Assembly (NCBI RefSeq): GCF_006345805.1
Contig: NW_021836143.1
Span: 124,001 to 188,000 of the forward strand
Length of the DNA: 64,000 nt
Direction of reading: 5' to 3'
From: Octopus sinensis
Lineage: Eukaryota
The notes under the pieces were generated by a model. That model searched no databases. It was not told the origin of the DNA and saw only the letters and a list, made by a program, of their open reading frames with translations. The translations under genes were made by a program, and so were the position numbers. The stretch's first letter is position 1. Every line of letters starts with the position of its first letter. Shown here piece after piece: positions 24,360 through 37,843 of the stretch.

Positions 24360-24961
24360 AAGCTAACTGGGTTTGGAAAAGATGGCAGGTTTCTGAAATG
24401 ATGGGAAAAGTAAATAATGTTTCATAATGAATATGACAGAAGAATGTGAGTAAAATAGCAAATCCTCAGAGAGTACTAAAAGAAAATAGTTGGTGCATGG
24501 TTGGAATGGTTCCAGATGTAGTTGGTGTGGTACATGGCTGCATGGATAACAGATGAAACAAAAATATGCCAGATTTTGAGATTCTGCCAAGAAGTGCTCC
24601 ACCTGATACCCTCTTATGAGTCCTCTCCTGTTTATTATAGCTTTGCAGGACATATCAAAGTAATTTAAGACCAGCTGCCCATGGGACTCCATATGCTGAT
24701 AATCTAAATCTCATAGTTAAAGCTGCTGAGCAATTATTGAATGTATTCCAACTATAGAAGTAAGGCTTAAAATCAAGAGGCTATGAAGGAAATTTCACTA
24801 TTGTAGTAAAGAAAGGTAACAATTTTCTTGGTATCAGGCAAGAGGCCGTGTTTTATATGTAGAAAAACAGATTAGGTTGAAATGCTGCACTGTGTAGCAA
24901 GTCAGGCTAACTGCAAAGAATGACATTGTACGAAGTAGATGCACAACGGTAGTTAATACAA

Positions 24962-25195
24962 GGCGGCGAGCTGGCAGAAACGTTAGCACGCCGGGCGAAA
25001 TGCTTAGCGGTATTTCGTCTGCGTTACGTTGTGAGTTCAAATTCCGCCGAGGTCGACTTTGCCTTTCATCCTTTCGGGGTCGATAAATTAAGTACCAGTT
25101 ATGCACTGGGGTCGATGTAATTGACTTAATACCTATGTCTGTCCTTGTTTGTCCCCTCTGTGTTTAGCCCCTTGTGGGTAATAAAGAAATAGGTA
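24962..25195 (+). mobile_element. SINE family B, full length, with a 16-bp target-site duplication
   Basis: ggtagttaatacaagg at 24948-24963 and 25192-25207. Confidence 0.92.
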
Positions 25196-25329
25196 GTTAA
25201 TACAAGGAGGATTTATGAAAGAGTTATGAATACTCCAAAAGCTCTGTAGAAATAGTTTATCGCTTTTATCACAAGAAGACCTAATTAACAGAGGAAGCAT
25301 ACGTAGCCAGAATAAGAACTGAATGGAAA

Positions 25330-25700
25330 ATGAGACCTATTACTTCTGTGGGTAACGGGAAATTCTGTCTCGAAGTGAAGAGTACAGTGTAGGATGGCTT
25401 ATGCAAAGTTTTATCTTGTATGCTAATGCAATATGAGCATCATTCAAAGATGGGATTCTGTGAAATTTGGAAAGAAATGAGAGCATGCTGAGATGAATGT
25501 GTAATGTTAGTGTACGTGAATAACAGCACAAATGATCTGAAAGTAAAACTGGGTTAAAAGGAATCAGATGCCATGTGCAAGACTGCAGACTACTGCTACA
25601 GGCATGTAATGTATGAGAAGGATGACCGCTGATGATAAGGATATGCCAAGTGGAAGTTCCTTGAGGGAAATGATAACTAAGGAAAGTATGAAGAGTTATA
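25330..25700 (+). mobile_element. RTE-clade LINE, RT C-terminal remnant
   Basis: ERNESMLR*MCNVSVRE / STNDLKVKLG / GIRCHVQDCRL / RHVM across frameshifts, matching MLRWMCNV...LREKLG...V..RRLRW.GHV. Confidence 0.75.
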
Positions 25701-27847
25701 AAGGTTAATATCAAGAGGCCAAACCTTACAAAGCAAGTAACAAAGGCTTGCAACAAATGGTAAGCCACAAAAGGCTCATCCATTTCTTAAAGTACAGAAA
25801 ACCAGGTGTAAAAATGAAAGTGACAAAATACATTGTTTCTATAGCTATGTTATATAGAAAATACATATATATACCCAGCCCTATACTCCATTTTCTTTTT
25901 AGGAGTGGGTAGCCACAACAAGACACACACCAGGCATTTCATTCATTTCCAAGGTCAAAGAGGTGAGCCCCATCCTATGCTTGGGTCAAAGCATAGAACG
26001 GAACCTTCAATATCAGCAGTGGGGCCCAACAGCATATGATCGTTTACCCCCGCTGCTTTTGCTGGTTCTGTACCCCTTTGAGCAACGTCAAATTCACTCA
26101 TCTGCCCACAAACACTCTCCAAGCTTTCCTATCATTTATAAACTCTCTTGCCTCAACAAGAAGATATACAAAGTATACGTGTGTGTGTGTGTGATATATA
26201 AAATTATCATCATCATTTAACATCTATTTTTCATGTTGGCATGTGTGCTTATGTGAGTCACATTTTTATAAAACATTAAAATACATTAAAGAGTGCTCGG
26301 TATAAAGAATAAATGAATTATAAATTTAAACAAAATGTATAATCTTTTTTTTTTTTAAAAAAAAGGCAATGCAATGAAGTATTTATATGCAATTGTAGAA
26401 AGAGACAGTGATAAAAACTAAGGTGCCTTTGTCCCAATGAATGCATGAAATAGTGGATGACAGCATCAGACACAACTTAAAGAAACGTCAAAAGAATTCC
26501 CGATGATGGTAATAACATTGAATCCTCTTCTGAAATAAGCTTTCACTTTCTATTGTCTTTTTTTTTCTAAAGTTTTGTTTTAGTATTGTTATTTAATGAA
26601 CAAAGCAACAGATTCAATTTTGATCTGAAGCTGGACAACAAGGCTGACATTTGATTAACATTTTCATCAGATTGTATCATTTTAAAAGTACTTAATACCG
26701 TTTAGGCTCTTTTTTTTATCTATTTTCTGTTTGCTGTTTTAATTTATTTATTTCAAATCTCTTTGCATAAATAAAAATGAAATTGGCAACAGCTAGCCAT
26801 GATTGCTGTCATCTTGATTTGGGAAATCTGTTATTTATTTATTTCTATTAAATAGTACTTACATATGTACTTTAAGCATGAATTTTCTACATCAATATTC
26901 TTTACTGTCATGAAATTATTTGTGTACTGTCATATTTACAAATTTCTTACATTAAAAGTTTAAAAACCATTTAAAAAAAGATGGGAAACAAAGCACACAA
27001 GATGATATTCATACAAAAATGTGTAAAAAAATGATATTCTTACAACTAAATGCCAAACAATACTTATTTCCATGGAACTGGATACACACATACATGCACT
27101 CACACAAGTACATAAGTAGTCGGTAGTCAGTCTGGTTCCACCGTTCCAGGGTTTTGAAGAGTGTGGAGCCACCACTTAACCACTATTGTTCTCAGATCTA
27201 CTCCAACCCAGTTAAGTAGAGCTCAAGTCAGGGTCCAAGCCATGGATTAACTAGCACATATAATGACTATACGTCTGAGTGAGGGGACAGAAAAACCTTT
27301 AGTTGGTGACTGGATGCAGAGTAAAACCACCAGGTGTGAGGGATTCTTCACTGTTGTTATAGCACCTCTGGAGGAGAGGGACGTAAAACATGCAGTTTCA
27401 CATGATTTTTGGTCATCTCGCTTTGGCCTGTCACTAGGTATTTTTCATGAAGATTAAGAGAATGGTACTCATGTTGTACGAGCATTTATCACTATAATCA
27501 ATGACATACAAATGTCTCTTTATGATGATCTTATTTATCCTTTCATCTACATGAAGTCCTATGGTTATGGAAAAGTGGTGACATATGCAGACGTAACAAG
27601 TTGGAAGTACACAGTGAGTTGCAACTTTCATCTGTCACCTATGCTCCAAACTATGCAGATCTGCAACATGACTGAGTAGTCATCTGAGAGGTCATGGATG
27701 GAAAGTTAGAAATGCTATCAAGTCATACAAAGGCTTGGGTGTCATCTACTACAACCATAGGACAATAAATTCTTTGTGAGTGAAATTCTGTTAAAAGAAA
27801 TTATGGGAAGCTCAACAAAAAATTTATGTGCTTATACATACATACAT

Positions 27848-28265
27848 ACATCATCATCGTTTAGCGTCCGCTTTCCATGCTAGCATGGGTTGGACGGTTC
27901 AATTGGGGTCTGGGAAGCCAGAAGGCTGCACCAGGCCCAGTTTGATCTGGCAATGTTTCTACGGCTGGATGCCCTTCCTAACGCCAACCACTCCATGAGT
28001 GTAGTGGGTGCTTTTTACGTGCCACCAGCATAGGTGCCAGACAAGTCTGGCAAACGGCCACGATCAGGTGGAGCTTTTTATGTGCCACCAGCACAGGGGC
28101 CAGGTGAAGCTGGCAACGGCCACGAACGGATGGTGGTTTTTACATGCCACCAGCACGAGGCCAGTCGGAACGGCGCTGGCAACGGCCACGAACGGATGGT
28201 TGTGCCAGACAAGTCTGGCAAACGGCAACGAATGGATGCTGCTTTTTACGTGACACTGGCACAGA
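27848..28265 (-). mobile_element. Family C retroposon, left member of an inverted pair
   Basis: (CAT)n tail at 27848, about 4 internal units. Confidence 0.85.
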
Positions 28266-28281
28266 CATGCCAATATATATA

Positions 28282-28757
28282 TAATCGATCAATGGAAATT
28301 GCGGATGTGCTACCAGTGCCAGTGGCATGTCGAAACTCTGCTTGTGAAGACCCATTGAGGCAAGTGAGGATCAGAATCGAAATCGATCAATGGAAATTGC
28401 AGATGTGTTACCAGTGCTGGTGGCATGTAAGAGAACTTTCCGTTTCGCGACCGTTGCCAGCACCGCCCCGTTTCGTGTCCATTGCCAGCCTCGCATGGCC
28501 CTCGTGCCGGTGGCACATAAAAAGCACCATCCGTTCGTGGCCGTTTGCCAGCTCTGTCTGGCACCAGTGCGGGTGGCACGTAAAAGCACCACTACACTCA
28601 CGGAGTGGTTGGCGTTAGGAAGGGCATCCAGCCGTAGAAACACTGCCAGATTTGACTGGGCCTGATGAAGCCTTCTGGCTTCACAGACCCCAGTAGAACC
28701 GTCCAACCCATGCTAGCATGGAAAACGGACGCTAAATGATGATGATGATGATGATGA
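28282..28757 (+). mobile_element. Family C retroposon, right member of an inverted pair, with a duplicated 5' segment
   Basis: aatcgatcaatggaaattgc block at 28282 and 28381; (ATG)n tail. Confidence 0.88.
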
Positions 28758-28949
28758 TATATACATACACACACATATATATATGCATTTATTTGCGTGT
28801 GCATGTGTATATATACAGATGTAAACAGTATCCTACCTGCAAGTGATTGATGCAGGATGGGTTGAAATGATCATTGTGAGCAATAAAGTTTCTCATATAT
28901 TCCATTTTCCATCTGTCATTTGTTATATTTCCTCAACTTACACTGAGAA

Positions 28950-28996
28950 ATTCCTGAGGTAGATCCAGCAATTGTTGCTGGATCTACCTCAGGAAT
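28950..28996. repeat. Perfect 22-bp inverted repeat with 3-nt loop
   Basis: attcctgaggtagatccagcaa-ttg-ttgctggatctacctcaggaat. Confidence 0.95.
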
Positions 28997-30004
28997 AGCT
29001 CCTGACATGGATGACGTCAGGTAGCAATAGACAGTGAACGTGCTTCATTGGCTTACTACCAGAAACATACCCAACACTTAAATATTTACTTACATATGTA
29101 CATATATCTTTTGCTGATGTACAATAGTAAAAGACATACACATCAGTGGGAAAACTAATAACTGGTGATTCTGAATAAAAATACGTTGCTGTATTTGTTC
29201 TGCCTGAGTTCCACAGATGCTTGCGTGTCACACTCGCCACCAGAAGTTCAGTGAACCAGTGATGGTTCTGTTGGAAACTTATAACCAATGGTGCTTGTTC
29301 GCAAAACATCAGATACAAAATAAATAAATAAGTAAATAAATAGGTAAGTGTTGAAATGTCCAACATATTGTATTATTGGAAGTAGTAGCATCAATATTAT
29401 TTAGCAGTATAACTTCATCAGATTGTTTCAGTTCAGCTGTTATGGGTATATCTTGGATAGGGATGCACTTCACTGCACTGCACTGCACTATAGGCACTGT
29501 TTAAAGAATAAATCTTCAGTGATGCTACAATAATCTGATGAGTTGCAGGACTCAGCTACTTCGATAACAATAGATATATATATATATATATAGGTATATC
29601 AGTTTGTGTGCAGTGTGTATGTATATGAATATCACACAAAATGTAGTATTTAATATAATTGAATGTTAAATGCTGCCTAACATTTCAGTTACTTGTTTAT
29701 TTATATATTCAATAGCATAATACTTATCAAAAATAATAGGATTTATTTAAGTATATAGAACACAATATGCAAAAGTAAAATTTATATATTGGCTTCTAAT
29801 GTAGCTTTTATATCTATCTGGCTGGCATTGGTCTGGAAAAAAGGAGCCCAAAAGCAGGGAATGTTAAGAAAAGCAGAAGAAAATAGGAAATACCTAATCA
29901 TGGATAATCTGCAAGTGGAATAATGGTGTAACATGAGATGGAAGAACAAGTCACTATCAAACAGTTATATATGTGTGTGTGTTTACATTTACACACATGT
30001 TCAA

Positions 30005-30140
<136 letters not shown>

Positions 30141-30259
30141 ATGTTATATTCCATTAGGAACGTGGTAGAGTACAGTATAAAGTTTGTCCACCTTCAGAAT
30201 TTCCCTACTATTGGTAGTATTATTATATAATTCCAAGTTTATGCTTGGGTGTTCGTGTG

Positions 30260-30600
30260 AATGTAAAATTAAAGAAATTGAAGTCAAGAAGAAGGCGTAT
30301 CATTGTACATTTATTTATTATTCACTACAATTGTTTCGATGCAACGTAGTTCTCCAGGAATATAGGTTTTTGATTATGCAACTGTTTGTTTGCATAATGG
30401 TATCTAGTTGTGTTTCCTCAGGTGATATGAGTGTTGTCTCCATTAGTTTAAAATCGTTGACTTCAGGGCCATCTTCTCTGTTTATCATGGTTAGAATTTA
30501 GTCATGGCTGATAGACTCGTGATGTTTGCCAGAGTTGGTATAAGAAGGTTATTATTAGGTGACAGTGTTGCTCCTACAGTTGGGAGTGACTGTGTGAGAA
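30260..30600 (-). mobile_element. Penelope-like 3' end, family P3 copy a, with a degenerate HHR-like motif
   Basis: Inverted homologue of 31200-31530. Minus strand CUGgAGA...GAAAC AAUU GUA^GUGAAU at about 30365-30318. Confidence 0.55.
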
Positions 30601-30906
30601 TTAGAGCGCAAGGTTAGGAAATAAGTAGAGAGATGTGTGTGTGTATTTACATTTATGGGAGTGATCATGTGAGAGTCAGCATGCAAGGTTGGAGACAATT
30701 TGAGAGATATGCGCGTGTGTGTGTGTGACTAAAAGTATGTATATACACATGCACTTCACTATATGTATGTGCAAGTCAAAGTGGTAGGTTTGCTTACTTA
30801 CCTATGTGTATGTATGTGGGTATGTATATTTACCCACAAGTGCATGAGGGTATATATATAAGTGCATAAGTGTATATCATGATGGGTGTATGAATATATG
30901 TACATT

Positions 30907-30955
<49 letters not shown>

Positions 30956-31199
30956 AATTGCGTAAATAAAGGCATGTATATATGCATATGTATGGGAATG
31001 TATGTGCGTGTTTGTATATGTGAGTGCTTGTATGGGTAAATATAGGCATATATACATAGGTTTCTGTGGGAAAGTGTATGTGTGAGTTTTTATGTGCGTA
31101 TGTATCTGACCACTGAATGCTAAAAATCAGCCAAAGAGTTTCATATGTGTAGCCAACCATGAACAGACCAGAGATACAAAGAGAAGGTCAATTCCATTT

Positions 31200-31530
31200 A
31201 AATTCCAGCCAGTACCATCTACTACCATTTATAGCAGTCTGACAAGCACGCTCTCATAGCAAACACCATGGGTCTATCAGCCGCTACTAAATTCAAACTA
31301 CAATGAACAGAGAAGCTGGTCCTGAAGTGGACGATTTTAAACTAATGGAGATAACACTCGTATATTGCCTGAGGAAACACAACTAGATCCCATTATGCAA
31401 ACAAACAGGTGCATAATCAAATACCTGTATTCTTGGAGAGCTACAAGAGTTGAAATAATTGTAGCGAATTATAAATAAATGTCCAACTGTACTCCTTCTT
31501 CTTGACTCCACTTACTTCAATTTTATATAT
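31200..31530 (+). mobile_element. Penelope-like 3' end, family P3 copy b
   Basis: cctgaggaaacacaactagat...tgcataatcaa...uGgAGAGCU acaag AGUU GAAAU AAUU GUA^GCGAAU...aaataaatgt; homologous to copy a. Confidence 0.55.
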
Positions 31531-31869
31531 ATATATATATATATATATGGAAATAGATATATGCATGTATATATATATATATATATATGCGAGTGGACAA
31601 ATAAAAGAAAGTAGCACTCAACACATCTGGTAGAGGTTGCATATATTTTTAAATCACAGTTTGACTCAGCTCCAAATGACTTAAAGTTTTGAGGTTATGA
31701 AGAATGCATCCAGAGAAAGAGATATATATATATACACACATTTTGACTAATGTAAATTAAGAATCTAGAATCAATGATTAATATGTCATACATAAGATGA
31801 AAAGTATGGAAGAATATATATGTTCCATAGCCTGTTTTTCCTTACTGGTTTTTACCCATGGTTGGTATA

Positions 31870-32530
31870 ACAAGATTATTATTAGGTGATGATGGTGTTT
31901 CTACAGTTGGGTGAATGGATGTCAATGTCGTTAAATAGATTGTGGAAATATACTTGAGAAAAAATTTATTATATGAAGAGATTCATATTTGGCTATTTAT
32001 TCTATCTGTGGTTTGGATCCCAGAAATACCCACCTTTCTCACTCACCACCTTTTCTTTTGTAAAGTAGACTCCTGGTGAGGTATAGCTTGTACACCTTGA
32101 TGAATTTCTGAGTTAGTACTAGCACCAGCATTTGTTATTCATATCTTGATTGGTAGATCATTCCATAGATGCTATAACTAGTGCAGTGGTCATGAAGGGA
32201 CTTTGGGCTATTTCTCATAACAGTGTATAAACAAATTGTAGGATAAACAAGGGATTGTACTCACTGCCATGTTTGTATACCATAAGTGGATTGCTGTAGG
32301 AATTATATTAGGGAATTTGCATGATGTTTACTATTTTTGGGGTGTATAGGTTCATCTAGAATTCTACATAATGCTTGAAAATTTTGAGCGTACAGTTTGC
32401 GGGGCTTCTGTATTTGGGCCATAGTTATTTTGTATGAGGGGTTTATGGTAAAGGTGTTGGTAGACCTACAATAGTAGCAACTATTCTGTCTCTGTCTTTA
32501 GCAATATGGGAAAAGTTACCAGTCTACCAC
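31870..32530 (-). mobile_element. Heavily decayed region, probably of the same PLE family (P3)
   Basis: Its end ttattaggtga...ctacagttggg matches 30551-30582; only a weak HCTSYSIY-like remnant is translatable. Confidence 0.4.
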
Positions 32531-32593
32531 CACTGACATCAAGACATATCAACCCACGAGGTTTTCTTCAGTTATGAACAAAATTTCTAATCT

Positions 32594-32820
32594 TTAACCC
32601 TTTTGATACCAAGCTGCATGAAACCACCTCTGATTCTGTATTATAAATATCTTGTTTTCAAAAGTTCTGAATTGCAATCTACCAAACCTTAGTCATAATT
32701 TATGTTCCTAACACTAGCCTAATGATAACTAAGTTATTTTACTAAATTCTTTGTTATATTTAAAATTAATTGAAAGAAACACAGAGTATCTCAGCAGAAA
32801 TATGGTAACAAAAAAGTCAA
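32594..32820. mobile_element. piggyBac-type MITE, about 227 bp
   Basis: Left end TTAAcccttttgatacc; right end ggtaacaaaaaagtcaa (reverse complement ttgacttttttgttacc): imperfect terminal inverted repeats. Confidence 0.65.
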
Positions 32821-35800
32821 AATATTTTTGTGTAGAACATTTTTAACATATGTAAATTAATGCCATTTACCCATCTGAGATATTTCCCTTAGCCTGTTCA
32901 ATGTATATATGATGCAAATTATATACTGGCCAAAACTTTTTCCTAACTCTTTTTCATATGTAAAATTCTACATAAACTGATCAATCAGGCTTGAGATGAC
33001 TGTACTATATAATGAAACTTGAAACAGTTATTTCTTGCCTGCACACAGAAATAGACTTTTCCTAACCTAACCTAACCTTCTAATCTTGTAAATTAACTTA
33101 CAGAAATTAATTCTTAATTTCTTAAAAAAAAATTACCTGTCCTTTTCTTTTAAAAGTAGCAAGCAATTGCCACTAGGTTATTGTTTTCTTTCTATAACCA
33201 AGAAGGACAATTCACTTCATCAAGTATTTTTAATGGACAGCATCCAATACATCCTTTAACACAGTTACATAATTAGAAGTTGGTAATTTTCTCTGTATTT
33301 CTCTTTTATATGTAAAAATCAATAGCTTCAGATATATATATTTTCCCAAAATATTTTTCATCGTCATATTTTCTACTTTCATAAATGCTTCAAACAACAG
33401 TTAATTTTTTAGAATTGCTCTATTTATATACAGAACCAGAAGAACATTGTTCTTGCTTAAGCATTTATTCCATTTCCTGTAATAACTTTGGACATCATTC
33501 ACCAAATTCATCCAAGAAAAGAGCAATAATTCTTTTGAGAATAAATATAAAAATATTTTTTTGTGGCAGATTAAGATTCAAAATATTCATATAAAAGTCT
33601 GATTATTAATATGGATTCGTTTTATTTTTTAATTTGATATGAAATTATTAAGAAAATTTATAAATCATCCACTTAAAATAGATGATTTATTTAAAAAAAA
33701 GAAATGAAAAATTCAAATATGCCATCTACTTTATATATGTGTCTATTAGTATGAATTTAATTTCCAATTACAAAATATTGGACAAAAACTGAGATAAAAT
33801 GAAAAAGACTTCTCTTGACAAGATAATCACAAAAGCTTGCTTCAGAATCTACCACCTACTTTCTTACAGCTATTTTCAGTTTTCTGATTCACATTTGGCT
33901 GGCAGAGCTAGTTAATTTAGTTGAAAAGAAGCTGAGAATATTAACTGTTTTCTTTTCCTTATTTTTTCCTATTTCAAGAAATATCATTTTTATTAACTGA
34001 TTATGACACAGATGGAAACTTGTTAAATTCTATGAAGAAATAATGACTGTTTTTACCATGTTACTTTAGTGAAAGAGTATCAAGTACTATATAATAGTTT
34101 GCTTGAATTATGATGATTAAGAAATAAAGAAATTGTTTGAAAAATTACTCAGAAGTTTGCAATAGAAATATTACTTTCCTTGAGTTCTGTTTTAAGAATA
34201 TTTTCTTAACATTTATTTTCAAATATGACATTAAATAAACTGTTTAACATTATGTGTAACAATTTTGCTAGAGACTGATTTATGAAAGCAACAGATAAAG
34301 TTGCTAAGCTTAACTGAAAATTGCATAGTTAACTGATTTCTCTGACATCTATTCAAACCAGTATTTTCACTCTCAAACTTACCAACGTGAAGAAATGAGG
34401 CTTCATACTTAGAGAACATAGAATTAATAACTTAAATGTTTGGCTGTTACTGGTGATTAAGCCCAGGTCAACCCTGACTGAGCAGATCTAACATCGATGA
34501 TATTTCAGCCATAACCAACCATTCTGTTTTAATTTTAGATATAGTATATCTAAAACTTCATTATCTAATGTCTTTCCTTAAGATGATAACAACTTTTTTT
34601 AGCAACCTGAGCAAAAAGAGACTTCCCTCTTTGGTTTGTAACTGTTTGGTGCTTATCAATTACAAATTTAAATGTTAAACTCCTTATTGTATTTCTTCTT
34701 TCCAAAACTAAAAAAAAAAAATACTTAGAATAAAATTATGTTCATGGGATGGTTCATTATCTTCATAATCATACCAACTGGCAACACAATAATTACAAAC
34801 ATTTCCTTCAAATAAATCAGTATCATTTCAATGGCATGTCCAAATGATTCAAGACCCAAGTTAAATGACCAGCTAGTCAGTATAGACAGGATGGTGAACA
34901 CTAGAAAATGAATTTGATTAATAAACATCAGGTGAGCCAGTAATAATAGATAGGGATATATCTTGTGAGTTAGAATTCATCCATCCGAATGTGTGAAATA
35001 AATTGTTGAAATGAAACTACTTGAAAAACCAAGTAAATCATACATGGCATATTGTCTCTGCAATATATCAATGATGGTCAGAAGAGTTCAGCAATAACAA
35101 GAACTGTTCATCCCCATCTTTCACACAAAGCAAATCGCAAGTTTTCCAACTAAAATATACAAGGTATTAAAGCCATACCTGTAAAGTATCTATTTCAGTG
35201 GTTAATTTACCATCAAACTACCATTCCAAACTTAATGCAAGTGAATATTAAAATTTTTTGGTGACTTCATTCTGCTACTTTCTTTGATTATAATAAATGC
35301 ACTGGTTGTGTAGCTGAAAGGGTGAGATGCAGTAGTAAGTTGATTGGTATCATAGGTTCAAACCTTAATCATTGCTATATACTACTGCATGAATCAGTGA
35401 ACCTTTCCTTGAGATTAGCACCATTCTTAATTCACGGTTAAATGATAAGTAGCGTAAAAACTGCCATCTGTAAAAATTTCCACTGATTCACGTTCAAATG
35501 TTTGAATCTGAAGAACTACCCAATACATCAAATGAGCAAAAAGGATATAAAATAGTATCACATTTAGACTTCTAAATCAATAACATAAATAAAATTAGTA
35601 ATGAAAAAGGAAACCATTACTGTAATTGTATGTATATGAATGATTTTTATGAGCTATTTCAATGATTTTTATGTGCTATTTGATTTTGAGAACTTTAGCT
35701 AAAGAGTAATTTATGCGTTATTTGACATTTATTTACCTAAGCTAACATGAGTGGGATGATTTGGCAATATAAAATATATGGATAAGTTTGTATATAAATG

Positions 35801-36499
35801 TACACATGTAAATCTATCTCCAAAATTAACCACTAACACACCGTCTCAGTTCTTTATTTAATATACATAGATGTACATACAAAAACACATATATATTTAT
35901 GCATGCATGCATGTGCATATACTCCAATGCAAGGAATGAAGTTTGAAATCTGAAAAGACTTATTTGTATAAATTTGCATTTTTAAAATTTCATTATATCA
36001 TAGAACTCAGTATTATCAAGTAACATATCAAAGATAGCTGAATTACATCTCTTTTCTGGCAAACACCACCAGATGGTGAAGATAGCTGAATTACATCAGT
36101 TTGATGATATAGGCCACCAGGTGGCCTGACAGCCGATACCTATATATTCCAGTGCTTGGCACCCTCAGCCTCTCTCTTTTGCCTAAAGGCCACAGACCAT
36201 ATGCTGTTACCACTGTTCTAATGACATGTACCTAAGCCAATTTCTTATCGTTACCCAAATGATACCTGCTATGAATATTTTACAGTGAGTGCCAGCCATG
36301 AACTGAATGTGTTTTCTACTGTACACACATTTCTGTTACTTTTGCAATCTTCTCCCATGACAAAGAAGCTCATACTGGTCATTCAAAGAGACCCGAGACA
36401 CAAAGAGACTTGATTTTTTACATAATGTAAAAGCTGTGGTTGTACCATCCTTTCTAATAAATTTTATTTATTATAGTAAAACAATCTTCATCATTTTCT

Positions 36500-36780
36500 A
36501 CACACTTGACATGCTAAAATCTCTTCCACCCTCTTTTGTTCTGAGGTAGAATCTGTTGATACCACTGTTCTTGTGGAAATCTGCAGCTGATGCCAGGATC
36601 TTGTGGAATTTTTTTATGTTGATAGTCAAGTATCCCAAATTTGGTATCAGTATGGGTACTGCAAATGCCTTGTAGGATATTGTTTTGTATTATTGTAAAA
36701 GTAAAGCTCTGTCTACCATATCTTTTTAAGTTTGGTGTAATATCTTTGATTACTCTACCCTTGCTTATAGTACCTTTGTA
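36500..36780 (-). mobile_element. R4/Dong-type RT C-terminal remnant
   Basis: Minus-strand frames give ..FAVPILIP.. and KILASAADFHKNSGINRFYLRTKEGGRDF, matching FH..SDVDRLYL.R..GGRGL. Confidence 0.65.
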
Positions 36781-37807
36781 TGATATATTTTAATCAATAC
36801 ATATGTATTTGTAACAATCATTCAAGAACCAGAGGAATTAGAGAGAAACTACAGACATAAGATTCAGAGTTTGGACAGCTTTTCCATGTATGTATGTATG
36901 AAAGCATGAATTGCGAGTGTAAAAATGTTGAGAATTTGCTACAAAAATGCATTTTTTTAAAGAACGCACTAGGAAAAACATAAAAGGAAATGACTTAGTC
37001 AATCATGAGCTGTTGTTGGCCTTATGAATTACATGAAGCAGGACTAAGTAACCTGATGAAATATTGTGATACAGACTCCAGTCCAACTCAAACAAACATG
37101 AACAAATAGTTGCGAGAGTAATTATGAAGATGATTACTGATAGTAGAGGTAATCTTACTGAAGTACAAAATACGAAATATATATAATAATGAAAATTTTA
37201 TTTTTCTCTTTCAGACAGAAATGTAATTAAAATTGAAATAACTTTCCCATTCTTACCCGGCCTACACTCCAAAATATACTAAAGAAATAGAATCGGTATA
37301 TTCTCATATTTCAGTTTATTTTCCATCATATGTAAAGATAACTGTATGAAACAAGGAAAAAAAAAAAAGTGATCGTATTTAATTGTAAATTTCACAGTTC
37401 TGTTGCTATGCAGAATCTGATGTTGTAAGCATTGTTGCTCAGTGAGCAGAAAAATAATTTAAACAGCCTACTGGTGAGTTTGTGTCAAAGCATTGCTGGT
37501 TATTGTGTATATGATATGTCTTTTGTTATAAAGACAATGTATCAACATTTAGGAAATTTAATGGTTAGTGACTGAAACAGTTACTGATAAATGTGTAGAA
37601 GCAATATTAATCTTAGTCACGCTACTGTAAGATGCAACATTTCTCATAAACTTCTCTTCATACTTTTAAATAGATAAAATGTATTAGAATTATACAGGTC
37701 AGAAGGAACTTGCTTACAAAGATCAGCTATATTTTGTAGATAAATAATTTCCTGTCATTTAACAAGGAAACTATTAATAAGTTGTGATAGATCAGAAGTA
37801 AATCCAC

Positions 37808-37843
<36 letters not shown>

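Noticed and set aside
29534-29580. CTGATGAGT...ACTC as a hammerhead
   Set aside because: No GAAA or helix III at a workable distance.
33061-33078. (CCTAA)3 telomere-like run
   Set aside because: Too short to mean anything in AT-rich DNA.
34725-35160. Hydrophobic 67-aa ORF and neighbouring frames
   Set aside because: No recognisable motif or splice-supported exon; composition is explained by AT richness.
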